Source: an uncultured Ruficoccus sp. (GTDB lineage Bacteria; Verrucomicrobiota; Verrucomicrobiia; Opitutales; Cerasicoccaceae). Taken from it: a stretch of 64,000 nt of DNA. The notes under the pieces are model-generated. The model worked only from the letters and a program-made list of their open reading frames with translations, was not told where the DNA came from and did not search any database. A program made the translations under genes and the position numbers. Positions 29,942 through 39,345 of this stretch are shown here, piece by piece (positions within the stretch are counted from its first letter, which is position 1; every line of letters begins with the position of its first letter). The stretch covers positions 1-64,000 of the forward strand of contig OZ223514.1 of the NCBI GenBank assembly GCA_965140785.1, given 5' to 3'.

Positions 29942-30358
29942 CTACTGGACCCGCCAGCTCGAAAGATAGTACTGGCCGTCGACGACGCTGAGCGGGAAAC
30001 GCCCGATGGTCTTGTCGGTGTCCTTGAACGTGAGGATGAGGTAGGCCTTCACGGGGGCGTTGCGCACGTAGGTCTTGCCCTCGAAATCGACGGTGCTCTG
30101 CTCGTGTTCCATATCGGCCTTGGTGGGAGGCTGGATGGCCACACTGGCGACGGGCTCCGTGATCATGCCACTCCACAAATCCCGGAAGGTCGGCTCCAAC
30201 TCCTTGGGCAGGCCCTGGTAGTAAAGATCGACGAAAGCGTTGGCCTGCTTGGAGCCGAGGGCTTTCCAGACCTTGTCGACGAAGTGCGTTTCGGGCGAGG
30301 CATGGGTGGCAGCCGCCAGTGAGAATAACGCCAGGAGGGAGACGAGGATGCGTTTCAT
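29942..30358 (-). CDS. Exported hypothetical protein
   Basis: MKRILVSLLALFSLAAATHA signal peptide; host-like codon usage. Confidence 0.7.
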   Translation of the reverse strand: MKRILVSLLALFSLAAATHASPETHFVDKVWKALGSKQANAFVDLYYQGLPKELEPTFRDLWSGMITEPVASVAIQPPTKADMEHEQSTVDFEGKTYVRNAPVKAYLILTFKDTDKTIGRFPLSVVDGQYYLSSWRVQ

Positions 30359-30544
30359 GGAGGGGAATAAATCGGGATGTCGGCCCCAGGTCAAGCGGAC
30401 GCGTACGAACGTGCCGGGTGGAAAGCCGGTCCTGAGAGGGGCTTGGGGGTCGTGGATTTGCTTGCCGTCCGCCCGCCGGCGAGCATATAACCACCCGCAT
30501 CTTTTCGGATGCATCGCCTGCCCCGAAGGATACATTCACCGTGC

Positions 30545-30620
30545 GGGGGCATAGCTCAGCGGATAGAGCAGTGGTTTTCTAAACCATTGGTCGGGGGTTC
30601 GAGTCCCTCTGCCCCTGCCA
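30545..30620 (+). tRNA. tRNA-Arg(UCU)
   Basis: Acceptor GGGGGCA/TGCCCCT-G-CCA; D arm GCTC/GAGC with A20; anticodon arm GTGGT-TT[TCT]AA-ACCAT; TTCGA loop; 76 nt. Confidence 0.93.
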
Positions 30621-30709
30621 AGTGCGGGGTGCCGGAAGCTTAGTGTGCGCGTGATATTTTTGTGTCTAACGGGTTGATTGTTTACGTTTGATTTACTTAT
30701 GCTTCGAGC

Positions 30710-32635
30710 ATGTCCGAAACGCGCCGTATCCCTGTTTTTATCGCCTCACCCAACGATGTGGCTTCGGAGCGCAAGCGATTTAAGGCCGTTATCGGAGATC
30801 TCAATCGAGGTTTTGGCGAAGGCGCCAATGTCGTTTTTGACCCTTTGGGCTGGGAAGATACGCTTTCGACGGTGGGCAGGCGCAGCCAGAGCGTGATCAA
30901 TCTGGAGGTGGATAAGTGCGAAGTATTTATCCTGGTGATGTGGAAGCGCTGGGGGCAGGAAGCGTCGGACAGTAAGTACGATTCCTACACCGAGGAGGAA
31001 TTTCACCGGGCCTTGAACCGCTTTAAGCAAACGGGAAGTCCTCGGATATTCATTTTTTTCAAAAATATCGATCCTAGTTATCTCGAGGATGTCGGTCCTC
31101 AATTGGAGAAAGTTCTTCGGTTTAAGCGTCAACTTGAAAAAACCTCTACGGTTATCTACCGCACTTTCGATCAAGGAGACGATTTTGCGGCAGACCTGGC
31201 GCGTCATCTCAAGGCGTATGCCAAGGGAGACAATAAGGATCTACAACTGCCGGAAAAAACGCCGGTTATCCTGCCGCAGTCTTACATTGAGGAGCTGGAG
31301 GCTGCGAAAAAGGAAGCCAAGCGGAAAGAGAAAGAGGCCCAAAAAGCCCATGACAAGGAAGCTGCGGCTCTGGAGAAACTGGAAGCCAGACAACTGCGGG
31401 ATGCTGAGAAAGCGGCGAAATATGCCCTCGAGGGAATGGTGGAGCATGCCCAGCAGGAATTTGCCGAGCTTTTATCAGAAACCGTACATCCACGTGTGCT
31501 CTACCTGTGTTATGAGTTCTTTCAACGGGTGGGAGAACTTGATGCAGCTCAAAAGGCGATGGGGCAATTGCTTGACGTTGCGGGTGATGCAGATACGGCC
31601 GCTAAGGCTGTTGCCTATGGTAATCTTGGTATTCTTTATAAGGTCCGTGGCGATCTGGCCCAGGCCGAGGAGATGTATGGGAAGTCGCTTGAGTTAAACG
31701 AGGCCCTTGGTCGCAAGGAAGGCATGGCCAATCAATACGGCAATCTTGGTATTCTTTATAAGGTCCGTGGCGATCTGGCGCAGGCTGAGGAGATGTATCG
31801 GAAGTCGCTTGAGTTAAACGAGGCTCTCGGTCGCAAGGAAGGCATGGCCATTCAATACGGCAACCTTGGTATTCTTTATCAGACCCGTGGCGATCTGGCG
31901 CAGGCCGAGGAGATGTATCGAAAGTCGCTTGAGTTGGAAGAGGCTCTCGGTCGCAAGGAAGGCATGGCTAGTGCCTACGGCAACCTTGGTATTCTTTATA
32001 AGGTCCGTGGCGATCTGGTCCAGGCCGAGGAGATGCATCGGAAGTCGCTTGAGTTAAACGAGGCCCTTGGTCGCAAGGAAGGCATGGCTAGTGATTACGG
32101 CAACCTTGGGAATGTTTATCAGGCTCGGGGCGATCTGGAGCAGGCCGAGGAAATGTATCGGAAGTCTCTTGAGTTGGAAGAGTCTCTCGGTCGCAAGGAA
32201 GGCATGGCTAGTGATTACGGCAACCTTGGGAATGTTTATCAGGCTCGGGGCGATCTGGAGCAGGCCGAGGAGATGCATCGGAAGTCTCTTGAGTTGGAAG
32301 AGGCCCTTGGTCGCAAGGAAGGCATGGCCATTCAATACGGCAACCTTGGGAATGTTTATCAGACTCGGGGCGATTTGGCTCAGGCCGAGGAGATGTATCG
32401 AAAGTCGCTGGAGTTAAACGAGGTCCTTGGTCGCAAGCAAGGCATGGCCATTCAATACGGCAACCTTGGGAATGTTTATAAGGCCCGTGGTGATCTGGCC
32501 CAGGCCGATGAGATGTATCGGAAGTCTCTGCAATTATTTAAATATATTGGTTCCCCGCATGTCGAGAAGGTACAGCGTTTGTTGGACGATCTCGATGGCG
32601 ATGATGATGGATCGTCCGCGCCCGTAGCGAAATAA
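30710..32635 (+). CDS. DUF4062 (TIR/deoxyribosyltransferase-like) domain + coiled coil + 8 TPR repeats
   Basis: VFIASPNDVASER...LGWED...QSVIN...FILVMWKRWG...TEEEF N-terminus; 40-aa repeats YGNLG..Y..RGDL.QAEEM.RKSLEL; lower GC than flanks. Confidence 0.8.
   Translation: MSETRRIPVFIASPNDVASERKRFKAVIGDLNRGFGEGANVVFDPLGWEDTLSTVGRRSQSVINLEVDKCEVFILVMWKRWGQEASDSKYDSYTEEEFHRALNRFKQTGSPRIFIFFKNIDPSYLEDVGPQLEKVLRFKRQLEKTSTVIYRTFDQGDDFAADLARHLKAYAKGDNKDLQLPEKTPVILPQSYIEELEAAKKEAKRKEKEAQKAHDKEAAALEKLEARQLRDAEKAAKYALEGMVEHAQQEFAELLSETVHPRVLYLCYEFFQRVGELDAAQKAMGQLLDVAGDADTAAKAVAYGNLGILYKVRGDLAQAEEMYGKSLELNEALGRKEGMANQYGNLGILYKVRGDLAQAEEMYRKSLELNEALGRKEGMAIQYGNLGILYQTRGDLAQAEEMYRKSLELEEALGRKEGMASAYGNLGILYKVRGDLVQAEEMHRKSLELNEALGRKEGMASDYGNLGNVYQARGDLEQAEEMYRKSLELEESLGRKEGMASDYGNLGNVYQARGDLEQAEEMHRKSLELEEALGRKEGMAIQYGNLGNVYQTRGDLAQAEEMYRKSLELNEVLGRKQGMAIQYGNLGNVYKARGDLAQADEMYRKSLQLFKYIGSPHVEKVQRLLDDLDGDDDGSSAPVAK
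31601..32540 (+). repeat. Eight near-identical 120-bp coding tandem repeats
   Basis: (t/c)aa(t/c)cttgg recurs at 31621, 31741, 31861, 31981, 32101, 32221, 32341, 32461. Confidence 0.95.
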
Positions 32636-32638
32636 GGC

Positions 32639-33700
32639 TCAGTGGCGGGTGCCGCGGTAGGTGCGTTCGCGGCGGGTGAGCTTGAGGCGGACGAAGTCCG
32701 GGGTGACGCCGGTGTGGCTCATGATGATGAGCGTGTCTGCGCTCTTGAGCTGGAGCGAGAGAGGTGGGCGGATGGTGGTTTGGCCGTCGGGTTTGCGAAC
32801 CGCGACGACGATGAAGGCGCTCTTGCCGCGGGTTTCAAGGTCTTCGAGGGTGCAGCCGATGAGCGGGGATTCTTCGGGGAGGGTGATTTCGTTCATCTCC
32901 AGACCGATCTCGTGCAGGCCTTCGACGAAGGCGTTATCGTGGAGGTCTTTTTCAAGGACTTCGCGGGCGTTGGGTTTGAGCACGAGGTGGGCGATGCGGT
33001 CAGCTCCGATGGCAGCGGGCATGACGATCTTGTTCGCGCCGGCCTGCTGGAGCTTGGCCTCGGTGGAGATCTGGTTGGCCCGGGCGATGATGGTGAGTTC
33101 GGGGTTGAGTTGGCGGCAACTGAGCACGATGAAGACGTTGGCGGCGTCGTTGGGGATGACGGTGGCGACGATAGCGGCCTGTTTGATGCGAGCCTTGATC
33201 AGGACGGTTTCTTCCGTGGCGTCGCCCTGGATGTAGAGGTAGCCGGCTTCGCGGACCTGCTCGATCTGGCGCTCGTCCGGGTCGACGATGACGAAGGGCT
33301 TGGCGGCCTCGCTCAGTTGCGCGGCCAGTAGCCGTCCGATACGGCCATAGCCGCAGATGACGACGTGGTCCGAGAGGTGTTCGATGTCCTTTTCCATTTT
33401 GCGTTCTCCCAGCAAGCGTTGGAGCTGACCCTCGGTCAGCCAGTTGATAAAGGCCCCGATGGTGTAAATGAGGGCGGTGCACCCGGCGACAATGAAGACG
33501 ATGGTAAAAATCCTCAGTTCCGGGGTCATGGTGTTTACCTCGCCGTAGCCGACGCCGAAGATGGTGATGATCACCATGTAAATAGCGTCCAGCGCCGGCC
33601 AGCCGGCCAGCCAGTAAACCAGGAAGCCGACGAGGATGGTCCCGACAAAAAGGCAGGCCCCGTAGAGGAACTGACGATTAGGGGACTTTAGAGGGGGCAT
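32639..33700 (-). CDS. Two-TM potassium channel with TrkA-N/TrkA-C (RCK) domains
   Basis: TIFGVGYGE filter, ICGYGRIG, GDAT, SPLIG. Confidence 0.92.
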   Translation of the reverse strand: MPPLKSPNRQFLYGACLFVGTILVGFLVYWLAGWPALDAIYMVIITIFGVGYGEVNTMTPELRIFTIVFIVAGCTALIYTIGAFINWLTEGQLQRLLGERKMEKDIEHLSDHVVICGYGRIGRLLAAQLSEAAKPFVIVDPDERQIEQVREAGYLYIQGDATEETVLIKARIKQAAIVATVIPNDAANVFIVLSCRQLNPELTIIARANQISTEAKLQQAGANKIVMPAAIGADRIAHLVLKPNAREVLEKDLHDNAFVEGLHEIGLEMNEITLPEESPLIGCTLEDLETRGKSAFIVVAVRKPDGQTTIRPPLSLQLKSADTLIIMSHTGVTPDFVRLKLTRRERTYRGTRH

Positions 33701-33921
33701 TTATGAGCATACAGCACATTTAAAACCAGACTGGACGTTATCTTCATGTTAGTCTAAGGAAACATTGAGCCTTGGCAGGGGGCATATTCTGCTCCTACTG
33801 GGTTTTACGGTAAAAAGTAAGTAATATTATGTAGGCTATTACCTGAGGTATAGACCGCGCCCCAAAATGCACATTGCGGATTGACTGTATTTGCACGCCT
33901 ACTCAGGCTCTATCTACTGAG

Positions 33922-34344
33922 GTGAAAACGGCTTACATCATTGAAGACGAACCCCTGCTGAGAGAGTTAGTGCAGACATATCTCTCTTCTTTTACGCAGA
34001 TTGAAGTCGTCGGAAGCTGTGGCGACGGAGCGGTTGCCATGCGCGAAATTCATGAGAAAAAGCCGGAATTAATTCTCGCTGATATACGTGTACCCGCCAT
34101 TTCGGGCCTGGAAGTGCTTTATCTGATTAAGCGGGGGCTTCCGAATTCGAAAGTTATTCTCTTCACCGGCGCGGCGACGCCGGAGAATGTCCGTATCGCC
34201 CTCGACGGGCAGGTGGACGGCTTTATTGAAAAGGGGGAAGGGCTGGAAGAATTTCAACATGCGGTCGAGGCGCTGGGACGGGATGAACACTACTACAGCG
34301 AGCACGTGCAGGAAATCCTGGACCGGTTCGGTGGCGAGGATTGA
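33922..34344 (+). CDS. Stand-alone NarL-type receiver-domain protein (no HTH)
   Basis: IIEDEPLLR, LADIRVP, FTG, FIEK; ends before any LuxR HTH. Confidence 0.8.
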   Translation: MKTAYIIEDEPLLRELVQTYLSSFTQIEVVGSCGDGAVAMREIHEKKPELILADIRVPAISGLEVLYLIKRGLPNSKVILFTGAATPENVRIALDGQVDGFIEKGEGLEEFQHAVEALGRDEHYYSEHVQEILDRFGGED

Positions 34345-34462
34345 GTGGGGCGGGTCTTGCCGTCGCGACCCGGTCGAAAAAAAGGCGGTTGACCCAGGCG
34401 GTTTGAGCGCCTAATGCCTTCGCTTTTTATGCGGCACGTGCGTGCCGGGACTTTACTTGACC

Positions 34463-34870
34463 ATGGCTGAAGAACGGGACATCAACAACCTCATCACTGT
34501 CAGTGGCGGAGACGACGCCCAACGCGAAGCCGCCCTGGCGGCTCTGGAGCAACTCGCGCGTGACAACTGGAACTTCGTTCGGGTCGAGAATGGCCGGGTG
34601 AATTTCAACACGGACTGGGAGCCGCCGTTTAAGGAACTGAAGGCGCTCTCGAAGGAGCACCCCGAGGTGGAGCTGCACCTGCTGGCCGACGCCTACACCA
34701 ACCGTCACTGGATCTGCAAGGGCACCATCGCCAACGGCAAGAGCGACGAGGAGGCGATTTCGCTGGTGGACGACAACTTTGACGCCGTTTTTAAGGAAGT
34801 CTACGGCTGCACCTACGAAGAGTGGCAGAAGCAGCCCTGCGAGCCCTTCGCCCGGGTCTTTGCTTCCTGA
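34463..34870 (+). CDS. Acidic hypothetical protein
   Basis: Clean ORF with host codon bias; FNTDWEPP motif; no family recognised. Confidence 0.7.
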   Translation: MAEERDINNLITVSGGDDAQREAALAALEQLARDNWNFVRVENGRVNFNTDWEPPFKELKALSKEHPEVELHLLADAYTNRHWICKGTIANGKSDEEAISLVDDNFDAVFKEVYGCTYEEWQKQPCEPFARVFAS

Positions 34871-34997
34871 GGCACGGCAGGCCGGAGCCGGAGCGGCAGA
34901 ATTTACTCTCATGTGGAGTATTATGCTGGGCTCTTTTTTTGGCCTGAAGGCTACACACGCTTGCTTTTTTCGGGGCTGGGTTTAAGCAGGAAGTCTT

Positions 34998-35960
34998 ATG
35001 CCCGTTGTTGATAAACCGCTCCACGAACTCGTTAACTGCACCAGCACGAACCCGCGCCCGGCCGATTTTGATGCATTCTGGGCCAAGGGCCTGGCCGAGT
35101 TGGACGCGCTGGACCCCGATGTCAGCTTTAAGGATGCCGACTTCTCGGTCGGCTACGCCAAGTGCCAGTCGATGCACTTCACCGGCACCGGCGGCGCCCG
35201 GGTTCACGCCCGCGTGGCCATGCCGAAGGAAGCTCCGAAGGAGCCCGCGCCCGCGCTGCTGATGTTCCACGGCTACTCCGGGTCCGCCTCCGACTGGGTG
35301 GGCATGCTGCCGTACGTGGCGGCGGGCTACACGGTGGCCGCGCTTGACTGCCGCGGCCAGGGCGGTCTCTCCGAGGACATCGTCCCGACCCGTGGGAACA
35401 CCCTGCACGGGCACATCATCAAGGGCCTCGACGACGAGCCCGAGAAGATGTACTACCGCAATGTCTTTCTGGACACCGCGCTGATGGCCCGGATCGTGAT
35501 GGGCTTTGACGGGGTGGACGAGGAACGCGTCGGTTCCCAGGGCGGCAGCCAGGGTGGCGCGCTTTCGCTGGTGTGCGCTTCGCTGGAGCCGCGGGTCAAG
35601 CGTGTGGCTTCGACTTTCCCCTTCCTCTGCGACTACAAGCGCGTCTGGGCGATGGGGCTGGACCAGCGCGCCTATACCGGTCTGCGGGATTACTTCCGCC
35701 GCTTCGACCCGCGCCACTTGCGCGAGGACGCGATATTTGAGCGTCTCGGCTATATCGACGTCACTCACCTGGTTCCCCGGATCAAGGGCGAGGTGCTCAT
35801 GGCTATCTCCCAGAGCGACGACGTCTGCCCGCCCTCGACCCAATTCGCCGCCTACAACGCGATCACCGCGAAAAAGAACTACCTGCTCTACCCGGACTTC
35901 GGCCACGAGAACCTGCCCGGTGCCAGCGAGGAGATGTTCCAGTTCCTGATGGGGCTGTAG
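34998..35960 (+). CDS. Acetyl xylan esterase / cephalosporin-C deacetylase (CE7)
   Basis: PADFDAFW, FHGYSG, DCRGQGG, GGSQGG, CPPSTQFAAYN, GHE. Confidence 0.92.
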   Translation: MPVVDKPLHELVNCTSTNPRPADFDAFWAKGLAELDALDPDVSFKDADFSVGYAKCQSMHFTGTGGARVHARVAMPKEAPKEPAPALLMFHGYSGSASDWVGMLPYVAAGYTVAALDCRGQGGLSEDIVPTRGNTLHGHIIKGLDDEPEKMYYRNVFLDTALMARIVMGFDGVDEERVGSQGGSQGGALSLVCASLEPRVKRVASTFPFLCDYKRVWAMGLDQRAYTGLRDYFRRFDPRHLREDAIFERLGYIDVTHLVPRIKGEVLMAISQSDDVCPPSTQFAAYNAITAKKNYLLYPDFGHENLPGASEEMFQFLMGL

Positions 35961-36067
35961 GCCGGTCACTGGCTTTAGGGGCGACGCTCTTCATTGGTAT
36001 TGCCAGTGGGAGGCATTGACCTTTAGCCTGGCCGTATGAGGGCGAACAACCAGAAATACTGCTGCCA

Positions 36068-36976
36068 ATGAAAGACTCCTGTCATACTCAGCTATCCGTT
36101 TTTCAGCGTCTGACGTACGGAATCTGGTTTGTGGCCCGTAAGCTGGGAGTCATGCACTGGCCACCCGTCCGGTTTCTGGCCGAAAAAGTTTATGAGTATG
36201 TACGGCCCAAAGGGAAGATTCAGATCGAAGCTCACGGCAACACCTATGCTCTGAAAGCGTCCGACCAGGGCATAACTCCGATGCTTCTTAAGCAGAACGA
36301 TTACGAGGCGGAGGAAATTCAGTTGGTGAAGCGCATGATCAAGCCCGGCATGACCGTGGTGGATATCGGAGCGAACATCGGCTATTATACCGTTATCTTT
36401 TCGAAGCTGGTCGGGAAGGAAGGCCAGGTGTTTGCCTTTGAGCCCGAGCCGGAAAACCTGGACTACCTGCATGAGAATATTGCTGGCAACCACTGTACAA
36501 ATGTAGAAGTGGCGCCCATCGCGCTCGCCGACAAAAAGGGGCAGATCGATTTCTTTGTGCCGGAGTGTACCCGAAGCACTTCTTCCATGGTGGCTTCAAA
36601 TCTTATCTACGAGAAGGGGGCCAACAAGATATCCGTGGCGACGGAATCTCTGGACGAGTATCTCAGCGGCAAGCATGCCCCCCAAGTCGATTTCATCAAA
36701 ATCGATGTGCAGGGCGCGGAAAGTATCGTCTTCAGTGGAGCGCAAAAGGTCCTTTCACAGGATCACCTTAGCCTCATGATGGAATTCTGGCCTTTTGGAA
36801 TGAAAGAGGCGGGAACGGATATTCAGGAGTATCTGCGTATGTTCGAACGACATGGCTTTTCGTTCTATGAAACCCGAAACACCGAGCGGTTACTTGAGCC
36901 TATAACGGTGGACGAATTGCTGAACGTGCGTACGTTTGGCAAGCGGGACTACATCAACCTTTTCTTGCAGAAATAG
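36068..36976 (+). CDS. FkbM-family methyltransferase
   Basis: VDIGANIGYY, VFAFEPEP, IKIDVQGAE; lower GC. Confidence 0.9.
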   Translation: MKDSCHTQLSVFQRLTYGIWFVARKLGVMHWPPVRFLAEKVYEYVRPKGKIQIEAHGNTYALKASDQGITPMLLKQNDYEAEEIQLVKRMIKPGMTVVDIGANIGYYTVIFSKLVGKEGQVFAFEPEPENLDYLHENIAGNHCTNVEVAPIALADKKGQIDFFVPECTRSTSSMVASNLIYEKGANKISVATESLDEYLSGKHAPQVDFIKIDVQGAESIVFSGAQKVLSQDHLSLMMEFWPFGMKEAGTDIQEYLRMFERHGFSFYETRNTERLLEPITVDELLNVRTFGKRDYINLFLQK

Positions 36977-37040
36977 AAATACGGGAAAACCCTTGGGTGA
37001 AGGCGGCTCAGGAAGGTCGTTCTCTGGGGCAGGGGTTTGG

Positions 37041-37526
37041 CTACAGCCCGAGCTTCTGGCGAAGATCGGCGACGATGGCGTCTGGCTCCTGGTCGATGTC
37101 CACGCTGACGCACTCATCGGGGATTTCAAGAGCGTCGAACTGGCTGCGCAGCAGGCTCTCGGGCATGAAGTGGCCGTGGCGGGCGTGCAGGCGCTCGGAG
37201 ATGAGGCTGAAGGAGCCCTGGAGGTACACGAAGACCACCTTCGGGTCATTCGGGTCGAGCAGCGTGCGGTAGCTGCGCTTGAGGGCGGAGCAGGCGATGA
37301 AGGTCGGGGTGGGCTTGGCCTCCTGCTCTTCGATGAGTTGGCGCAGGCGCTTGAGCCAGGGGAGGCGGTCGGCGTCGTCGAGCGGAATGCCGGCGTGCAT
37401 CTTTTTCACGTTGGCCTCGGGGTGGAAGTCGTCCCCGTCGAAAAACTCGCCGCCGGTGGCTTCGGCTATTTTTTCTCCGATCGTGCTCTTACCCGAGCCG
37501 GAGACACCCATTATGATTACAACCAT
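37041..37526 (-). CDS. Gluconokinase (GntK/IdnK type)
   Basis: MGVSGSGKST, DGDDFHP, PLDDADRLPWL, ACSALKRSYR, HFMPESLLRSQF. Confidence 0.93.
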   Translation of the reverse strand: MVVIIMGVSGSGKSTIGEKIAEATGGEFFDGDDFHPEANVKKMHAGIPLDDADRLPWLKRLRQLIEEQEAKPTPTFIACSALKRSYRTLLDPNDPKVVFVYLQGSFSLISERLHARHGHFMPESLLRSQFDALEIPDECVSVDIDQEPDAIVADLRQKLGL

Positions 37527-37535
37527 AGCAAAAAA

Positions 37536-37683
37536 GTTTGAGAGTTTGAAGGTTTGAGAGTTGGGAAGATTTGGTGGGATGACAGGGGCTGAAAGGTTGG
37601 AGTATGCGCTTGAGCGGTGGGCTGTCCGGGCCGGATTGTTTTCTACTGAACTTTCAAACGCTCAAACCTTCAAACTCTCAAAC
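37536..37683. repeat. Inverted pair of 8-bp-period repeats (GTTTGAGA family)
   Basis: gtttgaga-gtttgaag-gtttgaga ... tttcaaac-gctcaaac-cttcaaac-tctcaaac. Confidence 0.8.
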
Positions 37684-37690
37684 AAAAAAA

Positions 37691-38647
37691 CTACCCGGCG
37701 TGGATGCGCCAGATGTAGTAGCGGCCAAAGCTCTTGATGTGGGCGGTGGCGTCGTCTTTGGCGTATTCGGGGCCGATACTGGGGACGGATTTGTCGATGA
37801 AGAGCTGGCCGCCGGGGCAGACGCTGCTGAGGCGGCTGGCGATGTTGATCGGGCGGCCGATGTAGTCGCCCACCTCGGGCAGGCGGCTGGCCAGGCCGAA
37901 GGAGATGCCGATGGCCACTTCCTCAGGGGCGCCGTGGGTGAACTGCGAGCTGCGGCGCACGACCTGCCACTGGTTGTGGATGTCGAGCGAGCCGGACAGG
38001 CAGATGTCGATGGCCACCTCGCGGTCCTCGGCGGTGGTTTCCCAGAGAGCGAGCACACCGTCGCCGAGGAATTTCAGCAGCTCGGGCGGGTACTTAATAT
38101 AGCTGTGGCGGACGGCCTGGTAAAAGGAGTGCATGAGCCCGCAGGTGTAGGGGGACTCGATGCTGGGTTTTTCGCAGAACTGGGAGAAGCCGCGCAGGTC
38201 GATGATGGCCGCGAGCACCTCGCAGGGCTGGCCGAACTTGACCGTGGCGTGGATCTGCTCGTCGAGGTTGTACTTGTCGTACAGGAGGCTCTCGAACTGG
38301 TAGAGCTGGAGCTTGGAAATGTTCTGGCTGGTCAGGGTCAGGCCGGCGGGCTCGTCCTCCACGCTCACCGGGCGGTAAACGGCCCGGCTGTGGCCCTCGC
38401 GGGTGTTCGGGCCCTCGAACTCGGCCTCCATCAGCAGGATGCCCTGGGGCTTGCGGTGGAGGCGTTCGAGGATCTTGGACACGTCGGCCTCGCGGTCGGC
38501 CAGGGTGGACTCGTTGCCCTCGATGGTGTAGCGGATGTGGGACAGGCCCGGATGAACCCGCATGAAGGTGCCGCAGATGTCCCAGAAATCAGCGAAATCG
38601 ATGGGGGGGAGGGGGTAGTGGCGCGTCACGGCTTGTCCCGTTTGCAT
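37691..38647 (-). CDS. Class III adenylate/guanylate cyclase-domain protein
   Basis: IIDLRGFS, KFLGDGVL, DYIGRPINIASRL; ~145-aa unrecognised N-terminus. Confidence 0.85.
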   Translation of the reverse strand: MQTGQAVTRHYPLPPIDFADFWDICGTFMRVHPGLSHIRYTIEGNESTLADREADVSKILERLHRKPQGILLMEAEFEGPNTREGHSRAVYRPVSVEDEPAGLTLTSQNISKLQLYQFESLLYDKYNLDEQIHATVKFGQPCEVLAAIIDLRGFSQFCEKPSIESPYTCGLMHSFYQAVRHSYIKYPPELLKFLGDGVLALWETTAEDREVAIDICLSGSLDIHNQWQVVRRSSQFTHGAPEEVAIGISFGLASRLPEVGDYIGRPINIASRLSSVCPGGQLFIDKSVPSIGPEYAKDDATAHIKSFGRYYIWRIHAG

Positions 38648-38784
38648 GAGGCCAGAAGTTAGCGCACTCCTGAGACTTATGGCAATTTTTTATACCAATA
38701 GCGGCTATAAATGCGGGACGGTCCCTCCGGTAGCCCCGGCCGGGCGGGATGGCGGGGTGACAGTTCTCTCCCGTGTGGGGGCAC

Positions 38785-38812
38785 AAAAAAAACCCGGCCA
38801 AAGCCGGGTTTT
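38785..38812 (-). terminator. Intrinsic terminator downstream of rpmB
   Basis: A-run + aacccggc-caaa-gccgggtt. Confidence 0.75.
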
Positions 38813-38839
38813 GGGAAAAGAGTGGGTGTGTTGCTGGGC

Positions 38840-39070
38840 TTAGACCTTTTCGACCTTGCCGGCCTTGATGGCCTTGACGGACACCCAGACGCGCTTGACC
38901 TGGCCGCTGGGAAGCTTGACCCGGATGCGCTGCAGGTTCGGACGGAAAGTGCGCTTGACCGCCTTGGTGACGTGCGTGCCGATACCGCCGCTCTTCTTGC
39001 TCTGGCCCTTACGATGGATGCGGCGACCGCGGACGGGGCGCTTGCCGGTGACTGTGCAGATGCGTGACAT
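38840..39070 (-). CDS. rpmB: 50S ribosomal protein L28
   Basis: MSRICTVTGK...KRTFRPNLQ...KRVWVSVKAIK. Confidence 0.93.
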   Translation of the reverse strand: MSRICTVTGKRPVRGRRIHRKGQSKKSGGIGTHVTKAVKRTFRPNLQRIRVKLPSGQVKRVWVSVKAIKAGKVEKV

Positions 39071-39143
39071 GAAATGGGTTCTCCGTTGAAGTGAAAAACG
39101 TGGCAAATTAGTCGTTCCGGCGGGCTTGGCAAGGGTTTTTTTT

Positions 39144-39290
39144 AGTTTGAGAGTTTGAGGGTTGGAGCGTTTGAAGGTTGGAATGAGTCGTTCGCAGCGT
39201 TTGCGGAGCACGGAGAGGTTATGGGGGCAGTGGAATGGGCCGACGTTCCCGGGCATGCCTCAACGCTCAAACCGCCAAACGCTCAAACTT
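39144..39290. repeat. Inverted pair of 8-bp-period repeats (GTTTGAGA family), second locus
   Basis: gtttgaga-gtttgagg-gttggagc-gtttgaag ... gctcaaac-cgccaaac-gctcaaac. Confidence 0.8.
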
Positions 39291-39345
39291 TTAAAGGTAT
39301 ATCCGTTCTTGCGGTCCGGGCTGTGGGCGGTTTCAATCCGCGCTC

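Noticed and set aside
30545..30620. Amber-suppressor (CUA) reading of the tRNA
   Set aside because: The 5-bp stem GTGGT/ACCAT fixes a 7-nt loop with TCT at 34-36; A20 supports Arg identity
31601..32540. CRISPR array or DGR template/variable repeat
   Set aside because: Repeats are contiguous in-frame 120-bp coding units with no spacers, and no cas or reverse transcriptase gene is in the window
30600..32700. Integrative element/prophage at tRNA-Arg
   Set aside because: No integrase and no duplicated tRNA 3' end found downstream
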